Part shown: piece after piece, positions 32,801 to 43,269 of the stretch
Numbering within the stretch: the first letter of the stretch is position 1
How the letters are laid out: each line of letters starts with the position of its first letter
NCBI GenBank assembly: GCA_018985235.1
Contig: JADGIG010000002.1
Span: 1 to 64,000 of the forward strand
Direction of reading: 5' to 3'
DNA length: 64,000 nucleotides
Origin: Sanchytrium tribonematis
Lineage: Eukaryota
The notes under the pieces: model-generated
Databases searched by the model: none
What the model was told of the DNA's origin: nothing
The model's input: only the letters and a program-made list of their open reading frames with translations
Position numbers and translations under genes: made by a program

Positions 32801-33967
32801 AATTTTTTCGAACACAATTTTAGTTATAGTTTCTCTAGATTTTGGATCATTTGATTTATAATTATTACCAATGATACTTTGATGCAACGGAACGGGCCTC
32901 CAATTGCTATCAAAAACGAAAAGTCCGTTTGGATTCACTTGAATAAAGTTGGCAACATCAAAATAGTTTGGTAGTGTTGCAGATAATCCCAAAATTCGAA
33001 TCAAAGATTGTTTAAGCTCAACGTGTCTCTGGATGCGAGCTACTAAACATTCCAGCACACTACCTCTTTCACTAGACAACAAATGAATTTCATCCAATAT
33101 TAAGAGTTTTAAATTTGCCATGAAGCTATCATCGCCGTGCATTTTACGAGTTATCACGTCGAGTTTTTCTGGTGTTGAAACCAACAAGTTTGTATTCATT
33201 AATTCTTTCCTGGATAATTGCATATCACCACTAACTTCGTTTACTGTAATGTTAATTTTTCTTAATATTTTTTTGAATTTTGTTGTTATTTCCGCTACGA
33301 GTGCTTTCATTGGAGCAACATATACCATTTTGAGAGATTTAGTTAGATGTTTAGGTGTTTCTTTTATAGCATTGGCAATTACAAGTAAAGCAACATTTGT
33401 CTTTCCAGCTGACGTCGGAGCTGAAAGTAATATATTTTCTTTTGTATTATATGCAGTATTAAAAATTATCGACTGCATTTGATTAAATGCTTGAATATGC
33501 GTAAAAATTGATTGGATGATCGTATCACAGTCATTGACTCGGATTAAATCAGTTTTAGGCAACTTGATTTTTGGTGGTGGAATAACGATCTCCTTATAAA
33601 GATCTTCTTCTATAAAAATCGAAGAGGCTGGCAAACTAAACTTATGACCAGCCCAATCCAAGAATTTCCTCTCTGAATCAGCATATATATGTGGATATTG
33701 TTTTGTTGTTTCCGATTCATTTGAAACAAATTCATGTGCACTCATAACGAGAGACTTGTTGTAAAAGATTGGAATTAAGTCTAAACGTCGTCGTTGTAAT
33801 GATTCGACAAATTCGATATTTTCAAAGCCTACAATCTCCACTAAGTGATTCCAATTTTGGCTATTTAAACATTCTATAATTGTAGGTGAGTGGATCTCCA
33901 GAGAATGAATTTTTTCTAGTATGCTATGCAACTCTAATTGATATTTTGCTTTCTCTTCAAGAATCAT
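29846..33967 (-). CDS. SLH1: Ski2-like DEIH helicase ASCC3/Slh1 with degenerate second cassette
   Basis: APTSAGKT, DEIH, SLIRILGLSATLPNY, QIFGRAGRPQF and a Sec63 domain. The second cassette has lost Walker motifs. Confidence 0.8.
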   Translation of the reverse strand: MILEEKAKYQLELHSILEKIHSLEIHSPTIIECLNSQNWNHLVEIVGFENIEFVESLQRRRLDLIPIFYNKSLVMSAHEFVSNESETTKQYPHIYADSERKFLDWAGHKFSLPASSIFIEEDLYKEIVIPPPKIKLPKTDLIRVNDCDTIIQSIFTHIQAFNQMQSIIFNTAYNTKENILLSAPTSAGKTNVALLVIANAIKETPKHLTKSLKMVYVAPMKALVAEITTKFKKILRKINITVNEVSGDMQLSRKELMNTNLLVSTPEKLDVITRKMHGDDSFMANLKLLILDEIHLLSSERGSVLECLVARIQRHVELKQSLIRILGLSATLPNYFDVANFIQVNPNGLFVFDSNWRPVPLHQSIIGNNYKSNDPKSRETITKIVFEKIVPFLKDDKQVMVFVHSRNETLRVARSLKRMADISDSEIFQLASDYGYVNELKKLTSKSFNDLLQHGIAVHHAGLVRSDRNNVEKWFLKGYCRLLVCTATLAWGVNLPSSVVVIHGTSIYDPSKSDFIDLSILDVNQIFGRAGRPQFENKGYGILVTSSDKYRHYVEQLSLSLPIESQFTKHLSDYINAEVALGTITTLDDAMIWLGYTFQHVRCFKNPIAYGSSWKDLAEDTKLISFRRSLAEKALLKLNRREMILYDQKKELVESTHLGKIASHFYISAETIETFNQGKIGPLMNIDKVFQAVCLSNEFEQLKVRDDELQELDMLLSNCPLEIQGTSADSHCKANVLLQTYVNKKALKSFSLMSDQFYVVENAKRICRAIFEISKYRTWTLATKSALTSCIIIENRSWPFQHPIIRYIPSIRVADQLNDLHLYSMEEIRECDCNYLSKNIMDKNLLEKICNAVDRHPNFSFQYRFKPLLSSVITILINVIPHYSISRKSVEQFHIFVHDSENIVFSQQFAVSNINCYKPIWQEFTVLISEPVQKGLKVLIMSNDFHYEDSHYIDFQDLIIPKDRKSISNLKNLTPYFEPQDNLFFNPIETQVLFEVIHSRSNVFVGCSVYFDFSNLILSIVKNCKKKIFVLVHKEYDALQSTVSSLPNTDVQLGTSSDFIRKIDNNFQILIVNNFINLKSIDFEIIKCKYKGKLIVLGPTLGNSGCIKNWLNIPDENCFNFRQDLLPSPILENFQGFSEKYYPARMSNMMRSIYSKIKFYDGNVIIFVPSRKQIKTTFSDIISFLSQENPHKFVYNPDIAILSVEIKDETIKHCLSFGIGLLHPLMTMADIQVIQNLFKSNQIGLLVATIEMNNLDIKTNLVIIKGCGSESKAYEIKDLLNLIAFSLKDVMILCKSDELEFLQHELNSPFILESSLDLFEFLQSLSRTRKFTKKQIIDVAESTLLYVRMQNNPQYYEQKWSDLIELCISRLAQ

Positions 33968-34101
33968 AAGTTAAAATGACTCCGTTGTCTTGAATTAACT
34001 TAAAGTATTCCAATTTGTCCTCCGTCTTCAGAAGTTCACCAAGGCAGTCAACTTTGGACATTAATCTCAATTGGCATCAAGGTTAATTTACTGAAAATTA
34101 A

Positions 34102-34108
34102 TGATTGG
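34102..34108. promoter_or_regulatory. CCAAT box (TGATTGG; example)
   Basis: CCAATCA/TGATTGG recurs in the longer intergenics: 8249, 14149, 15853, 21900, 21924, 34102, 39082, 39139. Confidence 0.5.
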
Positions 34109-34167
34109 TGGACAAATAAAAGTGTACCATAAAACTAATATTAGAGTAATTCTTAATCAACATCACA

Positions 34168-34536
34168 ATGTATATCGGCAACGACTTGTACAGCTCATCG
34201 TTCACAGGAGAATATTCCATCGACTTTAACATAGTTAATCATTCGAGTTTAATGCCATTGCAAATGCTTAAAACAATTCCTTCTGAAAAAAAATTCGAAA
34301 AAAGGAAACGAAGCCATGCAGATGTGGAAAAAATTCGGAGAAAAAAACTCAAAGAGGCCTTTGAAATCCTAAAATCCGAGTTATGGGAATCTCCAAATGT
34401 TGCAAGTGCAGCAACTCGCCGCCACACCTTAGATCAAAGTCTTCAAATGCTAATTCAATTGAAAAATGACGTCAGCTTTTTAGAGCAGATTAACCAACAA
34501 CTGCGTATTGACTTTGCATTAGCCGATCGTAAATAA
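34168..34536 (+). CDS. bHLH(-zipper) transcription factor
   Basis: KRSHADVEKIRRKKLKEAFEILK...TLDQSLQMLIQLK plus a leucine heptad. Confidence 0.8.
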   Translation: MYIGNDLYSSSFTGEYSIDFNIVNHSSLMPLQMLKTIPSEKKFEKRKRSHADVEKIRRKKLKEAFEILKSELWESPNVASAATRRHTLDQSLQMLIQLKNDVSFLEQINQQLRIDFALADRK

Positions 34537-34589
34537 AATTTGTAAACAGTTTGAGACTCTTTCACTTTCTCCTCTCGATAGGTTGTTGT

Positions 34590-35387
34590 ATGTTAAATGA
34601 ATCAGATTTGAAATTACGCATCATAAGCGCTTCCATTGGAAGTTTAATTACTTCAATATTTGTTACTCCAATGGATACCATAAAAGTTCGGCAGCAAATG
34701 CAAAATATTAAGTCAACAAAAATTGTAAGGCAGCTCGCTTTCCAAGAAGGATTTTCTTCGCTTTGGAAGGGTTTGACTCCAACCATCATAATGAATATAC
34801 CAGCCAATATTGTATATTACGTTTCTTATGATTATTTGAGAGAATTTTTCTCTACGATGACAAATATGCCGTTAGCTTCATTGAGTGCTGGAATAATTGG
34901 TAGATCTCTCGTTGTTATGGTCGGCGCACCGTTTGAACTTTTGAGAACAAGACTACAGGCTGAGAATGTACTTCCTTCGTCTAAAACAATTCAGATCCTT
35001 TTAAAGGAAGCAAAAGATTCGAACTACAAAATGCTTTTTCGAGGAGCTGTACCAACACTTTATAGAGATATTCCTTTTTCTGCAATTTATTGGTCACTTT
35101 TTGAAACCTTAAATCCTGATAAAAGCGTTGTATCAAACAATTTTATGTATGTTTGTTTGTCAGGGACATTTGCTGCTTCATTGACTATCCCATTTGATGT
35201 TGCAAAGACTAGGCGACAAGTTTCTCATGATGGTATAGGAATGTTTCAACTAATCAGGCAAATGATAAAAATTGAAGGCTATTCTGTTTTATTCAGCGGA
35301 TTGATACCAAGAATTGCCAAAGTTGCGCCTGCTTGTGGAATAATGATTGCTTCTTATGAATTTGGTAAGCGATATTATGCTAAGTAA
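34590..35387 (+). CDS. Mitochondrial carrier, SLC25A39/40/Mtm1 type
   Basis: Three PX[DE]XX[KR]X[RK] repeats; LYRDIPFSAIYW; KVAPACGIMIASYEFGK. Confidence 0.88.
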   Translation: MLNESDLKLRIISASIGSLITSIFVTPMDTIKVRQQMQNIKSTKIVRQLAFQEGFSSLWKGLTPTIIMNIPANIVYYVSYDYLREFFSTMTNMPLASLSAGIIGRSLVVMVGAPFELLRTRLQAENVLPSSKTIQILLKEAKDSNYKMLFRGAVPTLYRDIPFSAIYWSLFETLNPDKSVVSNNFMYVCLSGTFAASLTIPFDVAKTRRQVSHDGIGMFQLIRQMIKIEGYSVLFSGLIPRIAKVAPACGIMIASYEFGKRYYAK

Positions 35388-35420
35388 ATTATTTTATTTT
35401 TCAAAACGGATATACTAGCA

Positions 35421-36527
35421 ATGGTTAATTCTCAACAGGTCTATCTTGTTTTGATATGGTATATATGCAGCACTGGGTTGTCTTTTTTGAACAGATCACT
35501 GGGAAAAGAATTTCACCTGCCACTTTACATTACCTCATTTCACATGTTGATACATTCTATCATTGCTCATGTTCTGACGAAAAAAACTCCCAAAATGCCT
35601 CCAACTAAGGTAATTCCGACAGCAGTATCAACTGCAGGAGATATTGGAGCATCAAATATGGCGTTAGTGCATGTCACAGTTGGTTTTTACACTATTGTCA
35701 AATCATCAGTGCCATTATTCGTTCTACTATTTGCTGTTTTTTTTAAATTGGAAAAAATTAGCATCAAATTGTGCTTAATGATATTCATTATAACTTGCGG
35801 ATTGATTCTCGCAGTTTGGAGAAATGCAAACTTCAATGGGATTGGATTCCTTCTTTTAATGATTGCTGTTGTTCTGGCTGGGTTAAGGTGGTCTTTAACT
35901 CAAATTTTAATGACTTCCATGAAAAGTCCTTTACATGCGATGCGTCACCTAAGCCCACTAATGTCGCTTTTGACTTTTTTTGCTGCTTTAATTGTCAACC
36001 CAATTGCACCTAATCAATTCTCCAGCGAGTTCCCATTAGCAAGAGTGATATCTTTGACATTTTTGGGTTCGATTTTAGCCTTTTGCCTTACACTAAGTGA
36101 ATTTCGATTACTTCAGATAACTTCAGTGTTAACAGTATCTATATTTGGAATCATAAAAGAATTATTAACAATTTCTCTGGATTCAATTCTCGAAAAAGAG
36201 CAGACTTTGACGCCGATAAATGTCGTTGGACTATTTATTTGTATAGCGGGAATTATATGGTATCATTTATGGAAAAACGAAATCACTGAAGATCAACCTT
36301 ACTCACCACTTAGAGAAATTTTTGTATCGGAGGAATTAAGCAGCCCGCTTCACCCATATCAAGAGTCTTCTCCCAAAAAAAGGCATTCGTTGGAAATGGG
36401 CTCGCCAATTTATCCAGAACGGAAAAAATTATTACAACCCATAAATAAGGCCTTTCTTATAGAAGAAGCAGACGATATTGAACTAAATGAGTTTAACGAA
36501 ATGAAGCATACTAAAGCGCATGATTAA
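35421..36527 (+). CDS. Nucleotide-sugar/triose-phosphate transporter family (SLC35C2-like)
   Basis: DIGASN, YTIVKSS, GLRWSLTQIL, GIIKE and multiple TMs. Confidence 0.85.
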   Translation: MVNSQQVYLVLIWYICSTGLSFLNRSLGKEFHLPLYITSFHMLIHSIIAHVLTKKTPKMPPTKVIPTAVSTAGDIGASNMALVHVTVGFYTIVKSSVPLFVLLFAVFFKLEKISIKLCLMIFIITCGLILAVWRNANFNGIGFLLLMIAVVLAGLRWSLTQILMTSMKSPLHAMRHLSPLMSLLTFFAALIVNPIAPNQFSSEFPLARVISLTFLGSILAFCLTLSEFRLLQITSVLTVSIFGIIKELLTISLDSILEKEQTLTPINVVGLFICIAGIIWYHLWKNEITEDQPYSPLREIFVSEELSSPLHPYQESSPKKRHSLEMGSPIYPERKKLLQPINKAFLIEEADDIELNEFNEMKHTKAHD

Positions 36528-36529
36528 TA

Positions 36530-37222
36530 TTACAATGGAAATGTCACTTGAAGAATGTATCGTTTAATTCCTTTTGAGTTCGACAATTCTTTTATGAAAG
36601 AAAGCCCTAAGCTAATTCCAATTTTAATAAACTCATCCACATTACCATCCAACCCGAAATAACGAGATTTTGTGGCAATTAGGCATATTCCTTTAGGTAA
36701 TAAATGCTTCTTGATAACCCTTATAATTTCTAAATATTTTTTTGCTGAATAAAGGATGTCTCCTGCAACAATATAATTGTATTTCAAATCTTCATCTAAG
36801 TCATTCCAATCTCCAGAAAAGAAACGCGATTGATTCACTCTTCTACTTCCTAAATTGTGTATCGCATTGGGAATTGTTGCAAATTTTATAACTTCTTCAT
36901 TGAAGTCAATGAAATCAATAGATGTTTCTTGCGAAATTTTTGCAAGAGAGATTCCTAAAAGGCCGACACCCGAACCTAAATCAAGCACCCTGCCAGTCAA
37001 TGTTTTCTGAAGTTTAATCAAATCGTTTTGACATTCCCAACATTTGAATCCGCCTTCATATATACCATCTTCTCGGTCAGATATTCCAAAGTATTTTTTT
37101 TGTTGTTCCTCGCTCATATCTGATTTTATGGCTTTTATGGTCCGTATATAAATGCCTCTTAGAGATTCGAATTCGCTTTCCAAAAGATGTGTTTCTGATC
37201 CTGGCGCAAAAATTTCTTTCAT
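36530..37222 (-). CDS. Histidine protein methyltransferase Hpm1/METTL18
   Basis: GIYEGGFKCWEC, VLDLGSGVG, DFN, SGDW, YFGLDG. Confidence 0.85.
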   Translation of the reverse strand: MKEIFAPGSETHLLESEFESLRGIYIRTIKAIKSDMSEEQQKKYFGISDREDGIYEGGFKCWECQNDLIKLQKTLTGRVLDLGSGVGLLGISLAKISQETSIDFIDFNEEVIKFATIPNAIHNLGSRRVNQSRFFSGDWNDLDEDLKYNYIVAGDILYSAKKYLEIIRVIKKHLLPKGICLIATKSRYFGLDGNVDEFIKIGISLGLSFIKELSNSKGIKRYILQVTFPL

Positions 37223-37256
37223 TTTGATTTAGAATTTCGACAATAGGGGATCTCCT

Positions 37257-38279
37257 ATGACAAAAATTAATACTAGAGATCATGCAATTTTGAAAGAAGA
37301 TTATGTTCAACATCCTAAAGATATGAAATATCCAAATACCTGGATGGGTGTAGATGATGCGTGGAATTTTGAAAAATTTAAAGATGAGTTTCGTTGGAGC
37401 ATACAGAAGGTAGAAAAGTTGGAGGTCTCGTTTGACTTAATTGGGGTTGCTCCATGCATTGCTAATGCCCTTAGAAGACTTATGATTGCAGAAGTTCCCA
37501 CTATGGCTATTGAGAAGGTTTACGTCACAAACAACACAAGCGTCATGCATGATGAACTTTTAGCTCATCGAATCGGTCTAGTGCCTGTTCTTGTAGACCC
37601 AAGACGATTCGATGATTTTGACGGGGAGGAAACGGATTTGAACACTTTGGTTTTTAAGCTCAAGAAAGAATGCAAATATAAACAAAACATGCCTTCCGCT
37701 GAAGTATCAAAGCCCTCTGATTTGTATGAAAACTTTAAGATTGTAAGCAATGATTTAAAATGGATTCCGGAAGGTATTCAATCAGAATGGATGGAAGAAA
37801 TTACCTTGTTGAGTGATGTGCCTTTGTTAGAACTTCGACCTGGTCAGGCAGTTGAACTGGAATGTCACGCCTGGAAAGGCGTTGGAAAAGATCATGCTAA
37901 ATTTAGCCCTGTTTGTACCGCATCTTATCGACTTTTGCCTTGTATTGATATTGTTAAAGAAATCAAGGGTAAAGAAGCATTTAAATTTCAAAAGTGTTTT
38001 AGCAAAGGTGTCATAGGAATTAAAGATGGAAAAGCTTTTGTTGAGAATGCTCGCATAGACTCTGTTTCTCGGGAATGCTTAAGGCATTCCGAGTTCTCGC
38101 AGAAAGTGGTTCTAGGAAGACAGAAAGATCATTTTATTTTCGTAGTTGAATCATCTGGTGCTCTGGATTCTGCTTTAATTGTAATCACTGGTTTGAATGT
38201 TTTAAAGAAAAAGCTGGCGAACATCCAATGTAATCTTCGTGAGTCTGACTTTTATGTGGATAGCTTACAAAAAGATTAG
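37257..38279 (+). CDS. RPC40: RNA polymerase I/III shared subunit AC40
   Basis: IANALRRLMIAEVPTMAIE, NNTSVMHDELLAHRIGLVP, KGVGKDHAKFSPV. Confidence 0.93.
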   Translation: MTKINTRDHAILKEDYVQHPKDMKYPNTWMGVDDAWNFEKFKDEFRWSIQKVEKLEVSFDLIGVAPCIANALRRLMIAEVPTMAIEKVYVTNNTSVMHDELLAHRIGLVPVLVDPRRFDDFDGEETDLNTLVFKLKKECKYKQNMPSAEVSKPSDLYENFKIVSNDLKWIPEGIQSEWMEEITLLSDVPLLELRPGQAVELECHAWKGVGKDHAKFSPVCTASYRLLPCIDIVKEIKGKEAFKFQKCFSKGVIGIKDGKAFVENARIDSVSRECLRHSEFSQKVVLGRQKDHFIFVVESSGALDSALIVITGLNVLKKKLANIQCNLRESDFYVDSLQKD

Positions 38280-38294
38280 GGATTAATAAATGTT

Positions 38295-39035
38295 TTATTC
38301 CAAAATAGTTGCATTAGTTGGTACATCCTTATTGACTTCTAATTTGGAGCTTAATGAACGTATTAAGACGCCAAAGTCCTCGTCTTCTATTGGTCTACCA
38401 AGCTCCTTTTTAAATGTATTAGCAATAAGGCCCATATCAGTACTGGAGCCATGAAACGATTGTTCGACATCGTGCTTTCTTAATAAGACTTTCTTTCGCC
38501 GTTTATTCCAAAAATGCCAAATAAAGAGAAGCGCAATAAATGCCAAACACCCGACAATTGACGCGCTAACTATAACCGGAATTTTCCATGAATTAATGTT
38601 AGGTTCGATCACTGGATCTGAAGGTGTTGGTGGCATTTCTGTTATGGTATCTGTAAGTTTTTGTTTAATGACCAAAGGAATGGAAAAATCAGGCCCTGAC
38701 AACGGTTGTTGATCTTTAGGCATTATCACAATTTCATACCTTCCTGTGCTAGTATTTAAAGGAACCATGTAATCAACTCGCTCTTGAGAAGCCAATATTC
38801 CCGAGAATATTCTTATGGGATTATTAGTTGACTGCAAAAGAGCCCTTAAATATATATCGACACTGCCTGCAGTTACGAAAGTATTATATTGACCATTCCA
38901 AGCTATTTCATATATATTACCGCTTTGCCAAGTAGAATTGGGTTCGGGTTCTCTTTGGCGTAATATAGTGGAGGGACAAAACGGGGTGTTTACAGCACAA
39001 TCCGCCATCACAGCAATTAGTAAAATGAGATTCAT
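38295..39035 (-). CDS. Single-pass type I cell-surface protein
   Basis: Signal peptide, beta-rich ectodomain (W..G..YEIAW), TM followed by NKRRKK. Confidence 0.65.
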   Translation of the reverse strand: MNLILLIAVMADCAVNTPFCPSTILRQREPEPNSTWQSGNIYEIAWNGQYNTFVTAGSVDIYLRALLQSTNNPIRIFSGILASQERVDYMVPLNTSTGRYEIVIMPKDQQPLSGPDFSIPLVIKQKLTDTITEMPPTPSDPVIEPNINSWKIPVIVSASIVGCLAFIALLFIWHFWNKRRKKVLLRKHDVEQSFHGSSTDMGLIANTFKKELGRPIEDEDFGVLIRSLSSKLEVNKDVPTNATILE

Positions 39036-39163
39036 AATGAGCAGAGTGTGACAAATTGACTTTATTGTTAGAAACTCCTCGTGATTGGTGAAAAAATAAT
39101 TTGGAAATGATTTTCCAACAAATCACTGCAATTCAATCCCAATCACAAGCCTATTGAACCATT

Positions 39164-41911
39164 TTATTCCACAAATAGGATCCTCTGAACTGCAATATAT
39201 GGGAATTTGTTGACTGATACTTCTAATTTTAATTGATGAAAGCCTAATCTGAAGAAAAGTATGTCAATATGATAAATTGAGTCTCGAGATGACTTGCCGT
39301 TAAAAACTGAGTTGTGAATGGCTCTATAACCATTTTGAATTATTCTTATCCAGATTTCTTCGGTTTCAACATAGTCACATATTAGCCGGATGCCAATTCT
39401 TCTTGACAAATGTGATGCTCTGGCCTTATATCTAGGATCCAAAGTTTTAATATCCTTTATATCCAATCTAATACCAATCGTAGAATTACCAACATATTTC
39501 TTGATTAATTTGGTGTCAAGACCGTAAAAATATTGAAAATTGGTTAGAGTCTCACGATAAAAACTCTCATAAAAATAACCAATCTCGCCTTTTTTTTTAA
39601 ACTTAACCACAATATGAAAATGCTGGATCATTTCCAGATACCACTTTAAAAATGCGTCGTTACCAGAAAGTCTCCTTCGAATGTCACTTAAAATGTCCTT
39701 GGTAAAAATATCTCCAGTATCAGAAATTGTACCTGTTAAACTTGAAACGAGTAAATTGTTATGTTCTGGTAATTTTGAATGCTCTGACCACGCTTTTAGT
39801 AGACTGGAAAGTGTATCACTAATAGTTCTCAACGCAAAAGGATCGGATTGTACCATCATTCGAATGTAGCATTTGTTATCAGTTTTGATTAAGGATCCAT
39901 GACATTTTTGAAGCCCTACAACAACCACATCCAAAATTTCACACGGCTCATTGATTTCAAACACAAACTCATTGTGAAATTTTAAAGTACACAGCTTAAA
40001 ACTCGAAGATTCAAGAACATGGACATTTTTCTTCAAATGATACTGTTTACTTTCACAATCAATGAAAAACAAAACATCAAATTTACCAGCAACTTTCGGA
40101 TGCCATGAATACTCCAAAATCTGACAACAGTTTGCTGGAACAATGGCTATAAACGACTCACTCTCAAATCCAGCCATCTTTCCCTTTTTAAAAATATTTT
40201 GATTACATAATACAGAAACATTAAGAGGTTTTGGATTTGGGTTGTTTAAAGTCACCTTTAAATTGACAACTTGATTTTGGAAACATTGGAGAGGTATGTC
40301 TGATTTTAAATGTAAAACGTCCCTATTTTCAACTTTAAAATTGACGAACTTGAAAAATTCTGGCTTAAGGAACAATTGGATGCCATTTACAGTAAATGTC
40401 ATACGATCAAGACTATAATCACCCTCCACTTCAAATGAATGAGAGAATATTAGTAAAGCAGACTCATTAGCCAACAAATTAAAGTCGGTTGTCCTTAAAG
40501 TAATATTATTTAAATGAAGCTCAATATTTGAAAAAGAAACCGGAAAACCAAATGGATTTTTCAAAGGAATTTTAATTGTAGATATTTGAAATGGCTGTAA
40601 AACGGGGATGTTTGTTGAGGTCTTCAATTTCTTTATGTTTTTATAAAATTCTGTAGATGAATCGTTAGAGCTAATGGAATGCGAAAATTCTGAACCTTGT
40701 AATTCAAAACTCTCGACAACAATTTGCACTGATATTCTCGGAAAAGCCACTTGTATCGCTTCGAAGTATTTGTAATTCCCCAAAAACGTCAAAAGAGTAT
40801 AAAGTTCATTCTCTTTAAATGTAGTCATGTGTAAAAATAATTTTTGAGCAATTTTATACAAATCATCCGTAATTTCTATGTCATGACAGATTTCAAAGAA
40901 GTGCTTCAAAATAAATTCATTTGTGGAGTTACTCATCAAACTTAATAGATCTGTTTTCGAGTTAGGTAGTATACGAGTGCATAAAAATGAGACGTAAAGC
41001 CTTTTTCTGTTTTTTAATTGGGGTTCAAATCCGCGAAGTATTTCAACCTTGGATTTGGGATCTTTTAGCTTAAGTATAGTGTTAATGAGAACCTGGTCTT
41101 TAAGTATAATCTTTTTCAAATCAATCAGTTTTCTTAAATAATATTGCTGGTTCTGATGATAGGAAAATAGGGAAAACATATCAATTCGAAGATCAACCAC
41201 GTCGGATTTTAAAAACTCAATTCTGGTCATCATTTCCTCACAGTGAGCGGCATATTCCAGTTTCTGATCAGTTACAAAGTCTCTCTTTAGCGTATCATAA
41301 AGTCCATAGCAGTATGAATAATCTTTGCAGTAAAAGCTCAAATCAGCTAGTCTTCTAGTTTGCATCTCAGCATCCATATAAGTAAGTGACTTTAAGTCAG
41401 ATGATTTCCACATTTTCCTCGTTGTACTAAAAAATCTTCCAGTTATACCTCTTCTAACAGCTCCAACTTGTTCGTGCAAATTGTGCAAAACTGCCTCTAT
41501 AAATGGATACAATTGTGAATAAAAATGCTTCAACATCGAATCTATATCATTTTCGGATTTTAATATATGGTGTACATTTCCAGAATCTCTACTTAAATAA
41601 CTGATATAATATTCCAAACAATTGACATTATCAATAAATGGTTTATCTACAAAGTAATTTGAAATTTCCAGATTAAGATCCGCGAATTCTTCTTTTGAAG
41701 ATGCAATTGTCATAATAGCTATAGGATGTTGAAGACAATCAAACATAGATGGATGTGCGTCAACTAATGTCGCAAACTCAATAGGTTGGTCTACTTTTAT
41801 TATTTGATTTTGAGGATTCCGTATTTTGGTAGAGTATTCGATTTTATGGCTTCTGATTTTTTCAACAATTGATTTTGCAATTGAAGTTGATGAAACTAAA
41901 AAACAGATCAT
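39164..41911 (-). CDS. TRS85: TRAPP III subunit Trs85/TRAPPC8
   Basis: EQVGAVRRGITGRFF, EMQTRRLADLSF, KRDFVTD, LKNPF. Confidence 0.8.
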   Translation of the reverse strand: MICFLVSSTSIAKSIVEKIRSHKIEYSTKIRNPQNQIIKVDQPIEFATLVDAHPSMFDCLQHPIAIMTIASSKEEFADLNLEISNYFVDKPFIDNVNCLEYYISYLSRDSGNVHHILKSENDIDSMLKHFYSQLYPFIEAVLHNLHEQVGAVRRGITGRFFSTTRKMWKSSDLKSLTYMDAEMQTRRLADLSFYCKDYSYCYGLYDTLKRDFVTDQKLEYAAHCEEMMTRIEFLKSDVVDLRIDMFSLFSYHQNQQYYLRKLIDLKKIILKDQVLINTILKLKDPKSKVEILRGFEPQLKNRKRLYVSFLCTRILPNSKTDLLSLMSNSTNEFILKHFFEICHDIEITDDLYKIAQKLFLHMTTFKENELYTLLTFLGNYKYFEAIQVAFPRISVQIVVESFELQGSEFSHSISSNDSSTEFYKNIKKLKTSTNIPVLQPFQISTIKIPLKNPFGFPVSFSNIELHLNNITLRTTDFNLLANESALLIFSHSFEVEGDYSLDRMTFTVNGIQLFLKPEFFKFVNFKVENRDVLHLKSDIPLQCFQNQVVNLKVTLNNPNPKPLNVSVLCNQNIFKKGKMAGFESESFIAIVPANCCQILEYSWHPKVAGKFDVLFFIDCESKQYHLKKNVHVLESSSFKLCTLKFHNEFVFEINEPCEILDVVVVGLQKCHGSLIKTDNKCYIRMMVQSDPFALRTISDTLSSLLKAWSEHSKLPEHNNLLVSSLTGTISDTGDIFTKDILSDIRRRLSGNDAFLKWYLEMIQHFHIVVKFKKKGEIGYFYESFYRETLTNFQYFYGLDTKLIKKYVGNSTIGIRLDIKDIKTLDPRYKARASHLSRRIGIRLICDYVETEEIWIRIIQNGYRAIHNSVFNGKSSRDSIYHIDILFFRLGFHQLKLEVSVNKFPYIAVQRILFVE

Positions 41912-42030
41912 TGTTTGAAAAATTGTTTGATTTTAGAGCTTATATTTGAGCTCAACCCATCTCGAATGAAGTCGTGTAAAGAATCGCTGACTACAAGAGT
42001 CGATATTATTTGACGAGACGTGAAATTAGG

Positions 42031-43245
42031 ATGAAATTGGGGAGGAAATTGAACAACAGAGCAGACGAAAAAATCTCGCTGAAAGTAAAGCAAATCTCAC
42101 TGCAAAAGAATAGAGCTATAGTGAATCATCTTAAACATAAGAAAGACTCTGTAAGATTAAATGCTTTAAAAGTTATATTAAAAGATAACAAAATTGAACT
42201 CGCCGATCAGATTTCTAATTTATTCTTAGACATTAGTCCAAAAATAAGAAATTTTTGCATCGATAATTTAAATCAGCTTTCACCAGCTAGAATTTTTGGA
42301 CCACTGATCAGCCAAGCCATAGTTGGAGGATTGTGTCATATAATTCCCTCAATTAAACTAGATTCTCTGAAGTTATTGGTCAATGTATTGATGATGCATG
42401 ATTTCCATATTTACATTCCTTATGAGATAATTCAACCAATTTTAATTAATATGTACGATGATCAAATTAAAATTGAAGCTAAAAATCTGATTATTGACTG
42501 TCTGTCATTTCTTAAACCGTATTCCACACATCGTTCAAATATTCCAGCAAATTTGATAAATAATCTTTTTTCGTCATCTTCGCTCGGGTTGATTCCTAGA
42601 ACGATACAATACAAACCTAAATGCATTTCGAAAGTACTCCAGTGCCACTGGCTTGAAGCCTCAATTAATACGAAAAGCAGAATTTTAGAAGTTGCTAAAT
42701 CCACAAATAGTCAACTTAATTCAGGAATTATTTGGGGGGCGTTTCCTTTTTTTGGGGAATTTGCCGACGAAATCAATGCAAAGATTTGCTTAATTTTTAG
42801 AACTAAAGAAACATCTGTCTGGGTTAAACAAAATTGGCATCTCGTTACCAAACCACATCTGTTAATACCTGCTTTCTTAAAACTTTACCAAACTAGTACA
42901 TTTTTGAAAGGTCTACAAGAATTACGTTGGGAAAACTATAATTTGGAGGAAAGAAGATTGACTCTACTGAACTTTGTGGGACTTGATCTGAAAAATCAAT
43001 GTACTTGTATTCCTCGACTTATTTTCTTAGCTTCAGTCCATAAAGATCAAGAAAGTGTAAAAATATTGACAAGAATTTTACAATGGCATTTGTCTAAGTA
43101 TTCGGGCATTAGGAATACGGTATTTGCTTTACTGAAGCCTATGTTTGAAATTAGTACCGCATCACTAGATCAGAAAGGTCCTATAGCGAATCTGGACACC
43201 TTCACTTTGGAGGTTTTCCTAAATTTATATATTTTTCAAAAATAA
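42031..43245 (+). CDS. IPI1: Pre-rRNA processing Ipi1/TEX10-like
   Basis: HLKHKKDSVRLNAL, LFLDISPKIR, GLCHIIPSIKLDSLKLL. Confidence 0.7.
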   Translation: MKLGRKLNNRADEKISLKVKQISLQKNRAIVNHLKHKKDSVRLNALKVILKDNKIELADQISNLFLDISPKIRNFCIDNLNQLSPARIFGPLISQAIVGGLCHIIPSIKLDSLKLLVNVLMMHDFHIYIPYEIIQPILINMYDDQIKIEAKNLIIDCLSFLKPYSTHRSNIPANLINNLFSSSSLGLIPRTIQYKPKCISKVLQCHWLEASINTKSRILEVAKSTNSQLNSGIIWGAFPFFGEFADEINAKICLIFRTKETSVWVKQNWHLVTKPHLLIPAFLKLYQTSTFLKGLQELRWENYNLEERRLTLLNFVGLDLKNQCTCIPRLIFLASVHKDQESVKILTRILQWHLSKYSGIRNTVFALLKPMFEISTASLDQKGPIANLDTFTLEVFLNLYIFQK

Positions 43246-43269
43246 AATGTTGATCTTAAAACAAGGACT